From NCBI GenBank assembly GCA_034780895.1, contig JAUZTB010000069.1, positions 15,205,397 through 15,269,396 of the forward strand: DNA of 64,000 bases. Reading direction: 5' to 3'. The translations under genes were made by a program, and so were the position numbers. Source of the DNA: Rhynchobatus australiae (taxonomy: Eukaryota). This document shows, in pieces, positions 12,512 through 24,699 of this stretch; within the stretch, counting starts at the first letter, position 1; every line of letters begins with the position of its first letter. The notes under the pieces are model-generated. The model saw only the letters and a program-made list of their open reading frames with translations, ran no database searches and was not told the origin of the DNA.

Positions 12512-12723
12512 TTGGGTTGCCAAACTTCCAGGATCGTCCTGGAGTTACCATGAGTTAAAGGTGAAACTCCTGGAAAATGCTGCAAGCAAACCCAGAGGAA
12601 ATTTAAAAGCACCTGAGAAAAATGGTTGCCTTAACATTGTCCTTCAACACTCTCATGTTCTTGCAATACAGGGAGGTGGGAGATCTTGTGATGAAACTCC
12701 AGGAATATAAAAATTGTAACCTA
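12512..12723. mobile_element. Degenerate MITE-like element
   Basis: Imperfect terminal inverted repeats gggttgccaa...ttgtaaccta and internal repeated ctccagga/tcctggag motifs. Confidence 0.4.
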
Positions 12724-12724
12724 T

Positions 12725-13103
12725 ATGGTGGAAGTCTGTGAGGTCTTCCTCACAGAGGGAAAGAGGTTGGGATACTCCCTGCAGTTCTCCTGGAGATGTT
12801 GCGCAGTGAAGATCATGTCCACTGTGCCTCTAGATGAACAGAATTCACTTTGCCATTCAGAGAGTAGCTCTTCAGCCACCAGGAGGGGAAGGAGATAGCA
12901 GGGAGACCCCCATGTAGTTACTCCAGTTGAATTTGTCTCCTTTCTTGAAGATGGTCACATTTAGGATGTCTCTGAGGTTCCCAGACATGTAATCCTCTTG
13001 CAGATGTGGGAGATGAGGTTATGAATTTGTGACTAAAGTTTCTCTCCATCAAGTTTTAGAATTTCAGCAGGATACCTTCTCATCCTGAAGCCTTGTATTT
13101 CAT
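12725..13103 (-). mobile_element. Decayed RTE (BovB-like) LINE, N-terminal RT region
   Basis: Minus strand ...PAEILKL...VTIFKKGDKFNWSNYMGVSLLS...EELLSEWQSEFCSSRGTVDMIFTAQHLQENCRE. Confidence 0.8.
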
Positions 13104-14204
13104 TTGGCAAAGGGCCTTTTCAAAATAGAGTTAATGTTTCACCCCAAAGACCCTTCAGGATATGTTGACTCAGTTTCTCTCTTTTCGATGCTGCCTAACC
13201 TGCTGAGTGTTTCTTGCATTTCCTGTTTTGTTTCAGCTTTCCAGCATTTGCAGTTTTTTGCTTCAATTACTGCTCTTCAAGAAAATGTTGTGAAGTTTAA
13301 TGAATCCATGAGAGTGGAGAAGGGGCCTAGGTTTAACTTCTCATCTCCCACAATGGAACTCTCTCTCTGCACATGAGTAAAGCATCAGCCTCAGTTTTTC
13401 GCAGGTCCCTACATAATGGGCTGATTCCATGGCAGACTTTTCCCCTTCAGTCCCAGTCATACATGGAGGAAAGGCTTGTCTTTATGTAATGCTTTTTTCG
13501 AGACAACACAACATGTTTTACAACCAATAAAATAGTTGTAGTCAATGAAATAATCTGACAAAAGGTTTTCAACCTGACACATTAACTCTGTTTCTCTTCC
13601 CACAGATGCAGCCTGACCTGCTGAATGTTTCTAGTGTTTTCTGTTTTTTATTTTAGATTTCNNNNNNNNNNNNNNNNNNNNNNNNNNNNNNNNNNNNNNN
13701 NNNNNNNNNNNNNNNNNNNNNNNNNNNNNNNNNNNNNNNNNNNNNNNNNNNNNNNNNNNNNCCAAAAAGGGATGTCGCGGAGTTTTTTTAAGAGGTCAAA
13801 AGCTAGAGACAATAGAGATGCAAGGCTAAATTGTAGGAGTAATTTTTAACCTTGCTAAAATCTCAAACAATACATGAAAGATTAGGAAGATAAGGTTGGT
13901 GTGTCCCATCTATGTGGCTCAGTTCCATCACACACGTCCTCTTGCACCTAGAGCCTTTCCATGTTTGGATCTGGAGTTCCCCATTTATAACATTTTCCCA
14001 CACTAACTGGTGTTTACCCTTTGGCATTGTATCCTATACTAGGCTGAATTGGATTCAGAAAAAATACAAAGTTGCAAATATCTTTTAACTTTATAGAAGC
14101 AAGAGCATAAAGAGGAGGATCTTCATTCTCCAGTTGTACAATGCTCTTGTTGGTCTGCATCTGGAGCATCATGTACAGATCTAGGTAAAAGATATATCAT
14201 GAAA

Positions 14205-14326
14205 ATCAAAAGAAAACTGCAGGTGCTGGAAGTCTGAAATAAAGGCAGAGCACTGGAAACACCCAACTGGTCAGGTAGCATCTGTGGAAAGATAACAGTT
14301 TAATGTTTCGGGAACCTTCATCAGAA
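14205..14326 (-). mobile_element. Single Penelope-derived arm with an intact hammerhead core
   Basis: Minus strand CTGATGA-A-GG-TTC-CC-GAAA-CATT at 14324-14302. Confidence 0.65.
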
Positions 14327-14486
14327 GTATATCACTTTTTGGAGGGAGTACAGCATAGATTCTTCAGAACTGCCAGTGGTATAAATTGAAGAGAGTTTGC
14401 TTATACTGGTCTTGTTTTCCTTTATAAAGTATGTTACATTACATGAAACTAGACTAAAATGTAGGAAAGAAATGCCTGCATATTCT

Positions 14487-14722
14487 TCAAGTTGAGTTTA
14501 TTGTCACATGCACGTACAGGTATGCAGAGGTACAATGAAAAACTTACTTACAGCAGCATCACAGGCACTTAGCATCATATAAGCAGCACAAGAAAAACGT
14601 AAATCAAACATCGATTATACACAATTTTTACAAGAAAGAATACAATTAGAACAAAAAAGCAAAGTCCATTTTAGTGCAGAGTGATCAAAGTGATAATGAT
14701 GTTGCTAAACTGTAGTGATTAA
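14487..14722 (-). mobile_element. LINE 3' tail (Rex1/Babar-type)
   Basis: gagtttattgtca...acaatgaaaaacttac..gcagcatcacaggcac, the reverse of a common elasmobranch LINE 3' UTR. Confidence 0.6.
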
Positions 14723-16099
14723 GCTCAGCTCAGTTTTTATTTCTTCATCAGCTTAAATTTTATGTGGAGTGTTTTTATTGTCTGGATCTTATTGTTTGCT
14801 TTGATATCTAGAGTCTTTGTAGGCTTTATTTCCAGATAATTAAAATTTAAGTGGTGTGTGTAAAACAGGGCAAGCAGGTGTTTACCTCCTCATAACCCAA
14901 TACATACAATTCTCCATACACTTACCTCTGTGTATGTTCAAATCCCCCTACAAAAGCTGACAAATTTTATAATTCCTGTATGTGCTACAGTTTAATTGGT
15001 AGAAGTGTTTTCTTTTATGAAATTTGATTTATCATGTCAATCAATCATTCAGGTTTATTGTTTTACTGTTAATGTGGCTTTCTAATAATGCAGTTGTTCA
15101 GCACTTGCATGAATGGATTCGTACTGATCCCTAATGTATGTTAAATGTTTCCCCAACTTTCCTTGGGCAGTTCTTGTTGTGTCTCATCTATGCGGCACTA
15201 TTCCATCACACAAATCCTCTTGTGCCCAGGGTCTTTCCATATCTGGATCTGGAGAACCCCACATTCAGCAGCTTCCCACTGCAAGTGTTTGTGTTTTCCT
15301 GTTACCAGTGAAGCTGAAAGGCTGTACTCGTCTATGCTTATCTTTGTGGGAATTGTTTGGATAGGTTTTGAAGTGAAATAACCTCAGGGTTGGTTTGCTT
15401 TGTGTTTGTTACTGTTTAAAACTTCCAAGTCAGCAGATAATGTGGTAGGTCAGTGTTCAGTGCTAATTCATTCTTCTTAAGGATTTTTCATTTGTGGTTG
15501 TCACATTGACAGGTTTGCCAGTTTGTCCCTCTGCATTCCCCCTTGGGTTACACTTTTTGGAGAACTGGCCCACATCTATGCCTCATCCAGCAGTACAAAA
15601 AACATGACTGTTCATTCATATCATTTGTTTCTTCCTTTTTCAATCAAGTGATTTTATTCTATATTTCTCCCTCCAGTTGACTGATATTAAAATTATATCT
15701 TGTTTGCAGTTGTTGCTTTGTTTACTCATCAATCCTTCTGATCTGTTAATGAGGGAGACATTTCATCTGGGTTCTGGATGCTGGATTTCACTGCCAGTAG
15801 TATTTTCAGATTCAGATTAAAGCAGCTTGCTGTGCACGATGTTCAAAATGGCATGGGTAATCCTAACTAAAGGCAGACTCCCTGTTGCAGCAAAATCTAT
15901 CTCTCTTCCCCCCCCTACCCACTGTTTGAAAAATGTCACAATTGTCCTTTTCTATATATGGATTTAAATCTGTTTCAATTTCTGCAGAAATGTATAAAAA
16001 CAAAAAATATGCTCAAAACATTCAGCTTTTTATTTTAGATTTCCAGCATTTGCATTTTTTTAAAAATTTCACATAATTGTAAACTATTCAATGGTAAAT

Positions 16100-16413
16100 T
16101 GTAGGAAAGGCAGCAGCCAACTTGCTCATAGCAAGTTCCACAAACAGAAATGTGATCATAGCAACCAGATAACCTGCTCTAGTGATGGGAATTACTTGAT
16201 AATATTGACCAGCACACTCCCCAGACATGTTTTGAATTAGTGTCTTGGGATCATTTATATCAATTGAGTCACCAGAGAAGGCCTCAAAAGATGGCACTTC
16301 TGACAAAGCGGCACCCATCAATCCTGTATTGTGGACCATCACCAGGACTGAGACTTGAATCCACTCCTCTTGGACCTAGAGCAAGAGTGCTCCAAACAGA
16401 GTCATGGCTGACA
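16100..16413 (-). mobile_element. DeuSINE-type (SacSINE1-like) old SINE. Further degenerate copies near 5740-5900, 19240-19440, 20343-20450, 37860-38605, 41540-41840, 47300-47600 and 59410-59535.
   Basis: tRNA-like head tgtcagccatgactc...agcactcttgc...ttcaagtc, Deu-domain-like gtgccgctttgtcagaagtgccatcttt, and L2-type tail agttggctgctgcctttcctaca. Confidence 0.65.
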
Positions 16414-18092
16414 AAGCCAAGTCTGAAACTGGAAAGGACAGCAACAATATTCTAATACTGCAACAGCTTCCAAAGCACGAGACACCACTGCGCTACATTG
16501 AAGGCACAATCTCAGAGAATCACTGTTGTTCACCCAGTTCTCTGCAGACACTTGATTCATCAGCTGATTACCTCTGGATGTCACCTTGGGGGAAACAAAG
16601 TTTGAAGAACTCGGTAATGAGTATTACTCTGCCCTAAAGGAGACTTTCAGCTGCAACCTTCACGAGGCAACCTTCACATTGAACAATGTGGTGACATCAT
16701 TGGCTGTTCCATTTGAGGAGTTGGGGCTTTCCTGGAGATTCTCAGACTCATCCCCTCAGCCACTGTTAGTTTTACATGAAAATCAATATTGCAGATCACA
16801 TGGCTATTGGTAACCCCAGCTCCACAGATCCATGCACTAACCTGCCTCTTCGTTGCTTATGTGTCCCTTGCTCACCAAATAATGGGTATAATTTTACTTT
16901 TGTAAATTCACTCAAACCCTTGCAAATCTTGAAGACTGTGATTAGGTCACAACCGGAACCTTCACTGTTCCAGCCACAGGTTTAATATTTCACCTCAGAA
17001 TTACTTTCAGCAAGCACTAACCCCATCTAACAAGCACAAGTTGCATCTTGTCTATAAAGCTGTAGAAGTTTACAGCAAAGAAGAGGCCATTTGGCCCATC
17101 ATACCTCTGCCAGCTCTTTCAATGAGCTACCTTATTGGTTCCATTCCCTTGCCCTTAATCCTGAGGTATCCATATTTTTGCTTTGCAAGCATATATATGG
17201 TTCCCTTTGAATGATCTGCTTCCACTGCCTTGAGGGAGAGAATTCCAGAGCATAGCAGCCAATTGCAAATAAAATAATTTTTGTCTTCCTGCAATCTCAC
17301 TAACCTGTGTCAGATGGTTACTGACCCTCCCACTGTTAGAAACAGATTTTCTCTATTATCACAATCCTTTAAAATTTTGAACACCATTGTTAGACCCCCT
17401 CTGCTCGAAGAATAAAAAAATCTCTGGCTTCATTGGTCCCTTGTCACAACTAAATTCCCTCATTCTAGGGTCCCATTCACAATTAATTCCAAAGTATCTC
17501 TTCAAGAGGGACGCAAGAGACTGCAGGTTCTGGAATCTGGAGCAACGAGTCAAGCTGCTGGAGGAACTCAGTGGATCACGCAGTGTCTGTGGAGGGAAAT
17601 AGACAGTTAATTTTTTGGTGCGAGTCAAGACCGTTCATCTGGACTGACCTTGAGATAATAGGGCACCAAAATATACAGTGTGAAGAAAGAGTATCTTTGT
17701 CAGATATCTTGTTCAAATTGTTTTTCAAAGCTAATAACTATAAACATTCTTTTGAGTTTTTCCTGTTGACACATTATTGCCTTTGGCTTCTGAATCTAAA
17801 AAGATATTAAAAAGGCATTGACAATTGACTATAAATCTCTCGGGAGGCTTTCTGTTGAACCTCGGTATTTTTCCAGAAGGCTCACAGCTATTGCTAGGGT
17901 AGTTTTGACAAAGAAATAAATGATTTGTGGCAGCAAGTCTATGTTCACAGATGTACGCGCTGTGTCTGAAGATCCAGTCTGTATTCCCTCCATGCTTCGG
18001 GCTGTTGGAATGGAGTATTCATCTACTGAGATAGACCATGTGACCAACTGGACCAATGTGATGCTGCAATTGGCTGAGCCTGCTCCTTACCC

Positions 18093-18283
18093 AAAACACA
18101 AACTGCTGGAGGAACTCAATGGGTCAGGCAGCATCTGTGGAGACAAAGGGATGGTTGATGTTTCAGGCCGAGACCCTGCATCAGGGTCAGAAACGTCAAC
18201 TATTCCTTAGCCTTCATAGATGCTGCTTGACCTGCTCTGTTTTTTTTGCTCCAGATTCCAGTATCTGCAGTCTCTTGTGCCTC
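18093..18283. mobile_element. Palindromic Penelope-derived element (second subfamily)
   Basis: ctgctggaggaactc...gtttcaggccgagaccctgcatcagggtcagaaacgtcaac...gatgctgcttgacctgct. Confidence 0.7.
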
Positions 18284-18689
18284 CATTTAACCATTTTATA
18301 CAAACAATCCAGTAAACTGACCCTACTTTTCTTGCCTGTTCACACTTACAGTTAACAATCTCCTTAGTGCCAAAAGGAGAAATCATTCAGCTGATCTTCA
18401 ATTAGTTGGCGCTTAGAATTTATTTTCAGCTCCGTGCTTGGCATGTATCAGTTATTTTGCATGTGTACGAAATCTGACAAATTGCCGCTTCTTATACATG
18501 TGGCGGCACCTAGACTGACACCAATAAAAGAAATGTCCATTAGCTTTATGCTCTGCTGAAAGCTCCACCAGTGATGTTTACCCCAGGCAAGGAGAGTCCA
18601 ATTATAGGCTCTTCCCTACATTTGCAGACAGCAGGATGCCTTTTAGCAGCTTGATACTGTAATAAAATGCCTGGTGTATTTGTTAAAAC

Positions 18690-18878
18690 ATTAAACAGAA
18701 AATAATGGAAATACTGAGCAAGTCAGACAGAATCTGTGGAGAAAGAAACAGCTAATGTTCCAGTTAATTTTTGAAACATTAACTCCAATCATCACAGATG
18801 CTGCCTGACCTGCTGAGCATTTCCACCACTTTTTTTGCTTTAGTTCATATTTCCAACATCTGCAGTATTTTGCTTTGG
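18690..18878. mobile_element. Palindromic Penelope-derived element with deleted centre
   Basis: ggaaatactgagcaagtcag...gaaacattaact...gatgctgcctgacctgctgagcatttcc. Confidence 0.65.
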
Positions 18879-20609
18879 GCCTGGCGTACTTTTCTTTTTT
18901 TCCCTCTCTCTTTCTCTTTTCTTCTTCTTTCTCTCTTCCGTTTACCCTCTTTTTCTTTACTTCCTTCACTGCAGTGTCTGTGTCACTCTTGATGTGAGGT
19001 CCCAGCTCTCCAGCCATGGTACACCAGAATTCATCTGCCTGGTTCCTATTATGATACCAAGTTAATCAGCTCTTGAAGTCAAAGGAAATATTGTGTAACT
19101 GTTTCTTCTCCTTCAGAAAGAAGATGGTAGGGGACACAAAACTGTGGGCTCTAGCACAGAAATATATGCACCTCCACTGACAGAGGAGCTGTTTTGATCA
19201 AGAATTTAAAACATGAACTTGTCTGTTTTCTCAGATTAACAAGAAAAGCCCCACAGCACTAATGTGAAGAACAGCAGGAGTGCTCATCCCCTGTACGGCC
19301 ACAATTTAACACTTGAGCAACATCTTATAAAAACGGCCTATCTAATCGTCATCATATTTCAGATGGTGAGAGATTACTTTATGCAAACTGCCTTCAGTTT
19401 TCACACTACCACGGTGCCAAAACTTTATTGGCAGTGAAGTGAATGAGGACATTATAGAAAGCAACATTTGCTTCAACAAGCAACATTCAATCTTTGCTCA
19501 TTGTACATCATGCAACAGCATTGTGACAGGTGCCTCAGTCACTGTGCAATGCTCAACCAAAAATAAATTACCTGCCAGTTATGTTTCAGAAAGTGACCCG
19601 AATTTAGTGTCANNNNNNNNNNNNNNNNNNNNNNNNNNNNNNNNNNNNNNNNNNNNNNNNNNNNNNNNNNNNNNNNNNNNNNNNNNNNNNNNNNNNNNNN
19701 NNNNNNNNNNNNGGAGAAGAACTGTTTAGGGAGCTTTGCATAGTATCATTGTCAATCTATTCACAAGGGATTTTCTTAATCTTTTCACATACATGAAAGA
19801 TTTATTGCTACACACAGTGTGGTTTGTTTAGTCTGATCTCAGCACATTATGCAGTCCTCTAATCCCAAATGCAATCCAGTTGGGAAATTGTCTTCTGTGT
19901 CCTCATCCCTCCAACTGTTCCAGTAAATTTTGTATGTGAACATGACAGCTTTTAATGTTGGCCCTTGCTCAGGAAGCATTTGTTCCTCTGTTTCCTACCA
20001 CTTTTCTTAAATTGGCTTTGCACTTACGTTTTATGGTTTCACAAAGTAAATTCCAATGGATAATAGTTCTCTTAAATGAAAACCAGAATTTTGGGTATTC
20101 TGTTAATGCAAGTGACATCTCCACTTGTGAATTTTGACGCCACTGCACATTCATGGCTGCTGTTCACTCTGAATAATACAATATGCAGTGAGATTTGAAA
20201 CCAGCACACCAATTTACAACATTAATTCAACACCAAAGGATTTTAATGTCTGGTTGCAACCGTTATGAAGTTCAAGCACTCAGGATCTCCAGGGAGCAGA
20301 TTCTGGTTTCCCAAACATTGTGTTTCAATTCTCAGTAGATTGTGTGTCAGCTGCAGCTCTCCAGACAGAACTCTTGTCTCCTGGTTAGAAGCCCAGGGTT
20401 TTGAGTTCCATTTCAGAGACTTGAGGCTACTCATCTCCGCCAAACATTAGGCTCAGGCAATAGTTCCCAAAATGGCTGGCCCTCTCTGTTTGGTTCAGTA
20501 GATTTTGTGAATTGATACCACACGTAAATCACAAAGGACCAGAACCAGTCACTGGTTCATTCATCATCCAAAGTTTTGCTGCTGGTGTCCTAACCTGTAT
20601 CATCCATAC

Positions 20610-20995
20610 ACTCATCACCCCCTTTGCTTATTGACCAATAGTGACTGTTCAATTGCAATATGTTCACCTTTGTTTAAATGCCTCAGTGGATTCATCTCTT
20701 CCATCTCCATAACCTGAGATCTCTGCACTTGTCCATCTTTGGCCTTTCGGGAACATCCTACCACCTTTAGCGACTGTACCTCCATTAGTCTAAGTCCCAA
20801 TCTCTAGAAATCCCCCATCCAAAGCTCCCCACCCCTTCACCAATAAATAGCACTGCTTTGACCCAGTTTTAAAAGCACTCTCAGAATGAGTCCATCTTTG
20901 ATTCAGTGTCAGTTTTTGTTTGACTGTGCTGGTCTGAAGCATCTTGGGATGTTCACTCTACAAAAAGGGATTATATAAATACATGTGGTTGCTTG
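20610..20995 (+). mobile_element. Decayed L2 LINE 3' end
   Basis: ...ctgagatctctgcact...tgaagcatcttgggatgtt...tatataaatacatgtggttg L2-type tail. Confidence 0.6.
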
Positions 20996-21124
20996 GGGTT
21001 GGAGGATCATAGCTTGTGCTTAGGTGCTACCAAAGGGTTCAGGATATGTGGGACAGGAAAGGGAAAAAATATTTTCCTCAACCCTGTACTGAGCCAGCAC
21101 CTGGAAGTGTGCACGTTCAGTCAC

Positions 21125-21412
21125 TTGTGCTGGGGGAGTCAAAAACTAGAAGGCCTAGACTTATGAAGGGAGGGGAAAGATTTAAGGGCAAATTCTTCAT
21201 GCAGAGGACACTGCATATATGAAATAAGATGTCAGAAGAAGTGGTTGAGGCAGGTACAATAACAGCATTTAAAAGACATTTGGACAAGTACATGGATAGG
21301 AAAGATTTAGAGGGATATGGGTCAAATGAAGGCATAGGACTGGCTTAGACGGGCATCTTGGTCGGCGTGGACAAGTTGGGTCTGTTTCTGAACTGTATTA
21401 CTCGATGACTGT
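21125..21412 (+). mobile_element. CR1 LINE 3' fragment
   Basis: GESKTR...KFFMQR, then gtggttgaggcaggtacaataacagcatttaaaagacatttggac. Same family as 986-1326. Confidence 0.85.
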
Positions 21413-22419
21413 GAAGTTCTCCTTTGTTTATTTGGGCCATGTAGGCACTCACTATCCCAAACTCCTTAGTGCAACCTATCACTGAGCTACAGGTTACTGT
21501 GGAACTGTGGAGACCCCTCCTTCAGGAGAGAGAACTGCGTAAATGGGAACCAATTTGAATTCCACTATGATAATATTGTACTGAAACTCTCAATCACTTG
21601 CATCTTACTCACTCCCACATTGTTCTTTTGTGATAAAACCAGATTTTCCTTCTAAATAAAAATAAGCAAACCACAGACTGGCCTCCATGTCCTCCAAAAC
21701 ACACCTTGAAATAGATTTTAGGGAGTTACACAGTAAAAGCACTGTGATCACAGTGAACTAGCTGCATCTTACTCTGAGGCTAGCAGTTCTGGATGTGCGG
21801 CATTAGTTTAAAGCCATTGTCATCCTGCACAGATTGGAAACCTTATTGTTGTTTTTAAATTGAGGCAAACCAGGGAATGCTTTGTCATTGCACATAACAG
21901 CAAAACATTTTTTACATAAAGACCTTTTAAAGAGATGCACTCAAATACAAATGATATCTCATCATTTAAGATAAAATATTTAAATATGATTAGACTGATT
22001 GTGTTGCCTGGAGCAGATGCAATCCTCTTTAACAATTTTTCAGTCAAATGATGTGGGAAAGTTTATCACCAATGAATCTGAGAGCTTTGTAACATAATAC
22101 ACCTTGTTCATCGCTGGCTTTCAGTTTTAGACACATTTGTATGAAATGCAAGTCACAGTTTGGAATGCAACGAGTTACATGTTTAGAATTCCATTCTAAA
22201 TGAATAATTAAAAAGGATCTCTCAGGATTTCTTTAATGTGCATCTTTCATGCACAGCGCTTAAATGGGCTTTGTCACAGACAATGTTCCCCTTCAAAACA
22301 CAATATAAAATCCAGCCACGGATTTAAAGAGGATTTTGGTTCACTGACCTGAAACTGAACATTGAAGAATCTCCGGGACACAGATAGAACTGAAAGCAAT
22401 GCAATTAATGTGCACTTAC

Positions 22420-22820
22420 CTGTGCTGTAGGAATGTGAATGCGAGAAACATCCATTCCCTTTCCATCTACGTTGGTCACTGGCTCACTTACGCTCAAAGT
22501 GGATCCTTCAGATTTCACCCGACCTTCGGCTTAGTTTTACCTCATTGGATCTGAGCTACCGCTGGAGTGGGGTCGGTGTAGCAGAGCGAGGCATGGCTCT
22601 CCCGGTCACCCCGGCAGCTCGCTCTCCTGGGACTGACGGGAGTACAGAGTTAACCCTTGCCTGGGCAGTGTTGAGAATTGTGGTGAAGCCAGACCTCGGG
22701 CAAGCTGAGTGGGAGGGAGATCTTGCCTTAACTGGAAATGAGCCCGTCCGTGTTCAATACACATCCCGCGGGAGTGGATGGAATCTACAGCTCGTCACGA
22801 TGAATTAAATCACCGTGTGG
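22420..22820 (-). promoter_or_regulatory. CpG-enriched segment; putative promoter/first exon ending at a consensus donor
   Basis: Visible CpG excess against a CpG-depleted background. Perfect donor cag|gtaagt at 22420/22419 and a second gtaagt near 22490. All three minus-strand frames are closed. Confidence 0.45.
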
Positions 22821-23889
22821 GACAACAACTCAGAAAGATCACACAGGCAGCGGTGAAATAAAGCAGAGACACAAGAGACTACAGATGCTGGAAATCTGGA
22901 GCAACACACAGGAAGCTGGAGGATTCAACGGGTCAGGCAGCATCTGGGGGGGGGGGGATGGACAGTCGACTTTTCGGGTGGAGACCCTTGTTTNNNNNNN
23001 NNNNNNNNNNNNNNNNNNNNNNNNNNNNNNNNNNNNNNNNNNNNNNNNNNNNNNNNNNNNNNNNNNNNNNNNNNNNNNNNNNNNNNNNNNNNNTGGAGAC
23101 CCTTGTTTTCCGGGGAGGGATGGGGTGGGGGTGGAGTGGTGTCCTGACCGCTGGACAGTAGGAGATGGCTGGGCGGGTGGCTTTACATAAGATACACGGC
23201 AAGGAAAACATAAGGAGTTAATGCAATGCTTGGAATTGACCAGGCAATAAAGCATGCAAAAATTGCACTCAAAGTCACCAAACACCTACTGCACGTAATG
23301 GTGCACACTTACGCAAGCAGCTACATATGTTTTCAGTTTAAAAGAGGGCAAACTAACAAGTTACTTCTCACGGCTTTGTTTTTCACTTCTGTATCCTGTT
23401 TGTGCAGATGGACATTCAGTCAGATTGTTTACTCATGTAAAGGTCAACAGAATGCAGGGCTCAGAAAGGATGGCGAGAGTTTCATTTCCATAAACACTTC
23501 GCAGGCATAAACAGCAAGCCACAGAGGCTGTAATGTGGAAAGGGCAGAGGTCAGGGGCTGGAAACTCAGCTGCCAACTGTGTGCAGGGAAGGAAACTGTT
23601 GGATCAGTATCTTTCCCATTAGGACTCCTCTCTCTGAAGGTGAACTACCACGTAATTACCATGCGCCTTGCCTGAAAACCTGATTTCTCTTCTCTTGGCA
23701 GAATACCTATTCTGGTCGCCGCACAGTGGGAGGGCTGTGGCTGCACTGGAGAGAGTGCAGAGGATATTCACTCGGATGCTGTCTGGTTCCGAGGACTTTA
23801 ATTATGGGGTGAGTTTGGATAGGCTGCGTTTGTCTCCACGAAGGAGGCTGAGAGGTGACTCCGATCACGGCTGCTCTTTAAAAGTTCTT

Positions 23890-24690
23890 CATTGACTGGT
23901 TTCTGACCGAAGCTCCTCACTGCTAAGTCTGTGAACTTCGGTGGTGATGAGGTCTGCTCCCAAGGCTTTGTCTTTTAGTTGGCATATTGCCTTTTGATTT
24001 CTTGTTGGTCAGGAATGGTGACAAGGTTGGACTGAATGTGGGATGAAGTCAAGGGTGCTCACAGCAAGGACAGAGTCACGTTTCAGAGGTCTTCCCAGTG
24101 TTCCTTCCAGTGGGCCTGGACTGCTTCCCTACCCCGGTAAATTCACCTCTCCTTCAGGTGCCCTTAAAGCTGTTTCTTTCCTCTTGAATGCTGGAGCTTC
24201 CAATCCAGAGACGCCTTAAGCTTGTACGTAATTATTTCCTGGTCATTCTCAGCAAACCAATCCTGGTTCTACTTGGTAGTGAAGCTAAGAGTCTCTTCAC
24301 AAGTGACAATTATGGTAAACTTCAGGTCAGCCCATTCGCTGTGGTCACTCTGTGGCTCCTGTTGGCTGGGATTCTCAGATGATGTCTGTGAAGTATCATC
24401 TGAGAAGAGCTACCATTGCAGTGTCCTTGAGAGCTTCAACATCAATCCTCTTGTGGCAATACCTCTGCTGATGTTTTGTGGCCAGGTTGCTGGAGGTAAC
24501 AGTGGATCAGACAGCAGTCTGTCCAACAGTCATCGGTTGCCATGACAACACTGATAATGCAGACATCCTTACAGTCTCCCACTCAGGTGCCAGTGCCTGC
24601 ACTGGGAGTGTAGTCATGAAGTTTTGTGCTTGTCTCACTGCTGAAACAGGCTGCCAGTTATGACAACACTGGACTCCAAGCTATAGCAAA
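23890..24690 (-). mobile_element. Decayed RTE LINE, endonuclease end to pre-RT linker (inverted part)
   Basis: Minus strand DVCIISVVMATDDCWTD...WADLKFTIIVTCEETLSF...QDWFAENDQEI...EAVQAHWKEHWED. Confidence 0.75.
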
Positions 24691-24699
24691 CTGACCACA

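Noticed and set aside
16404-16813. Overlapping 75-77 aa + strand ORFs and an exon-like minus-strand segment
   Set aside because: The start codon comes from a SINE head, there is no recognisable homology, and all minus-strand frames contain stops.
22979-23108. 15-bp direct repeat tggagacccttgttt on both sides of a 100-N gap
   Set aside because: Typical unmerged contig overlap rather than a biological duplication.
24536-24549. Near-perfect RFX X-box GTTGCCATGACAAC
   Set aside because: Lies inside decayed RTE endonuclease coding sequence (VVMATDDCWTD); no independent evidence of function.
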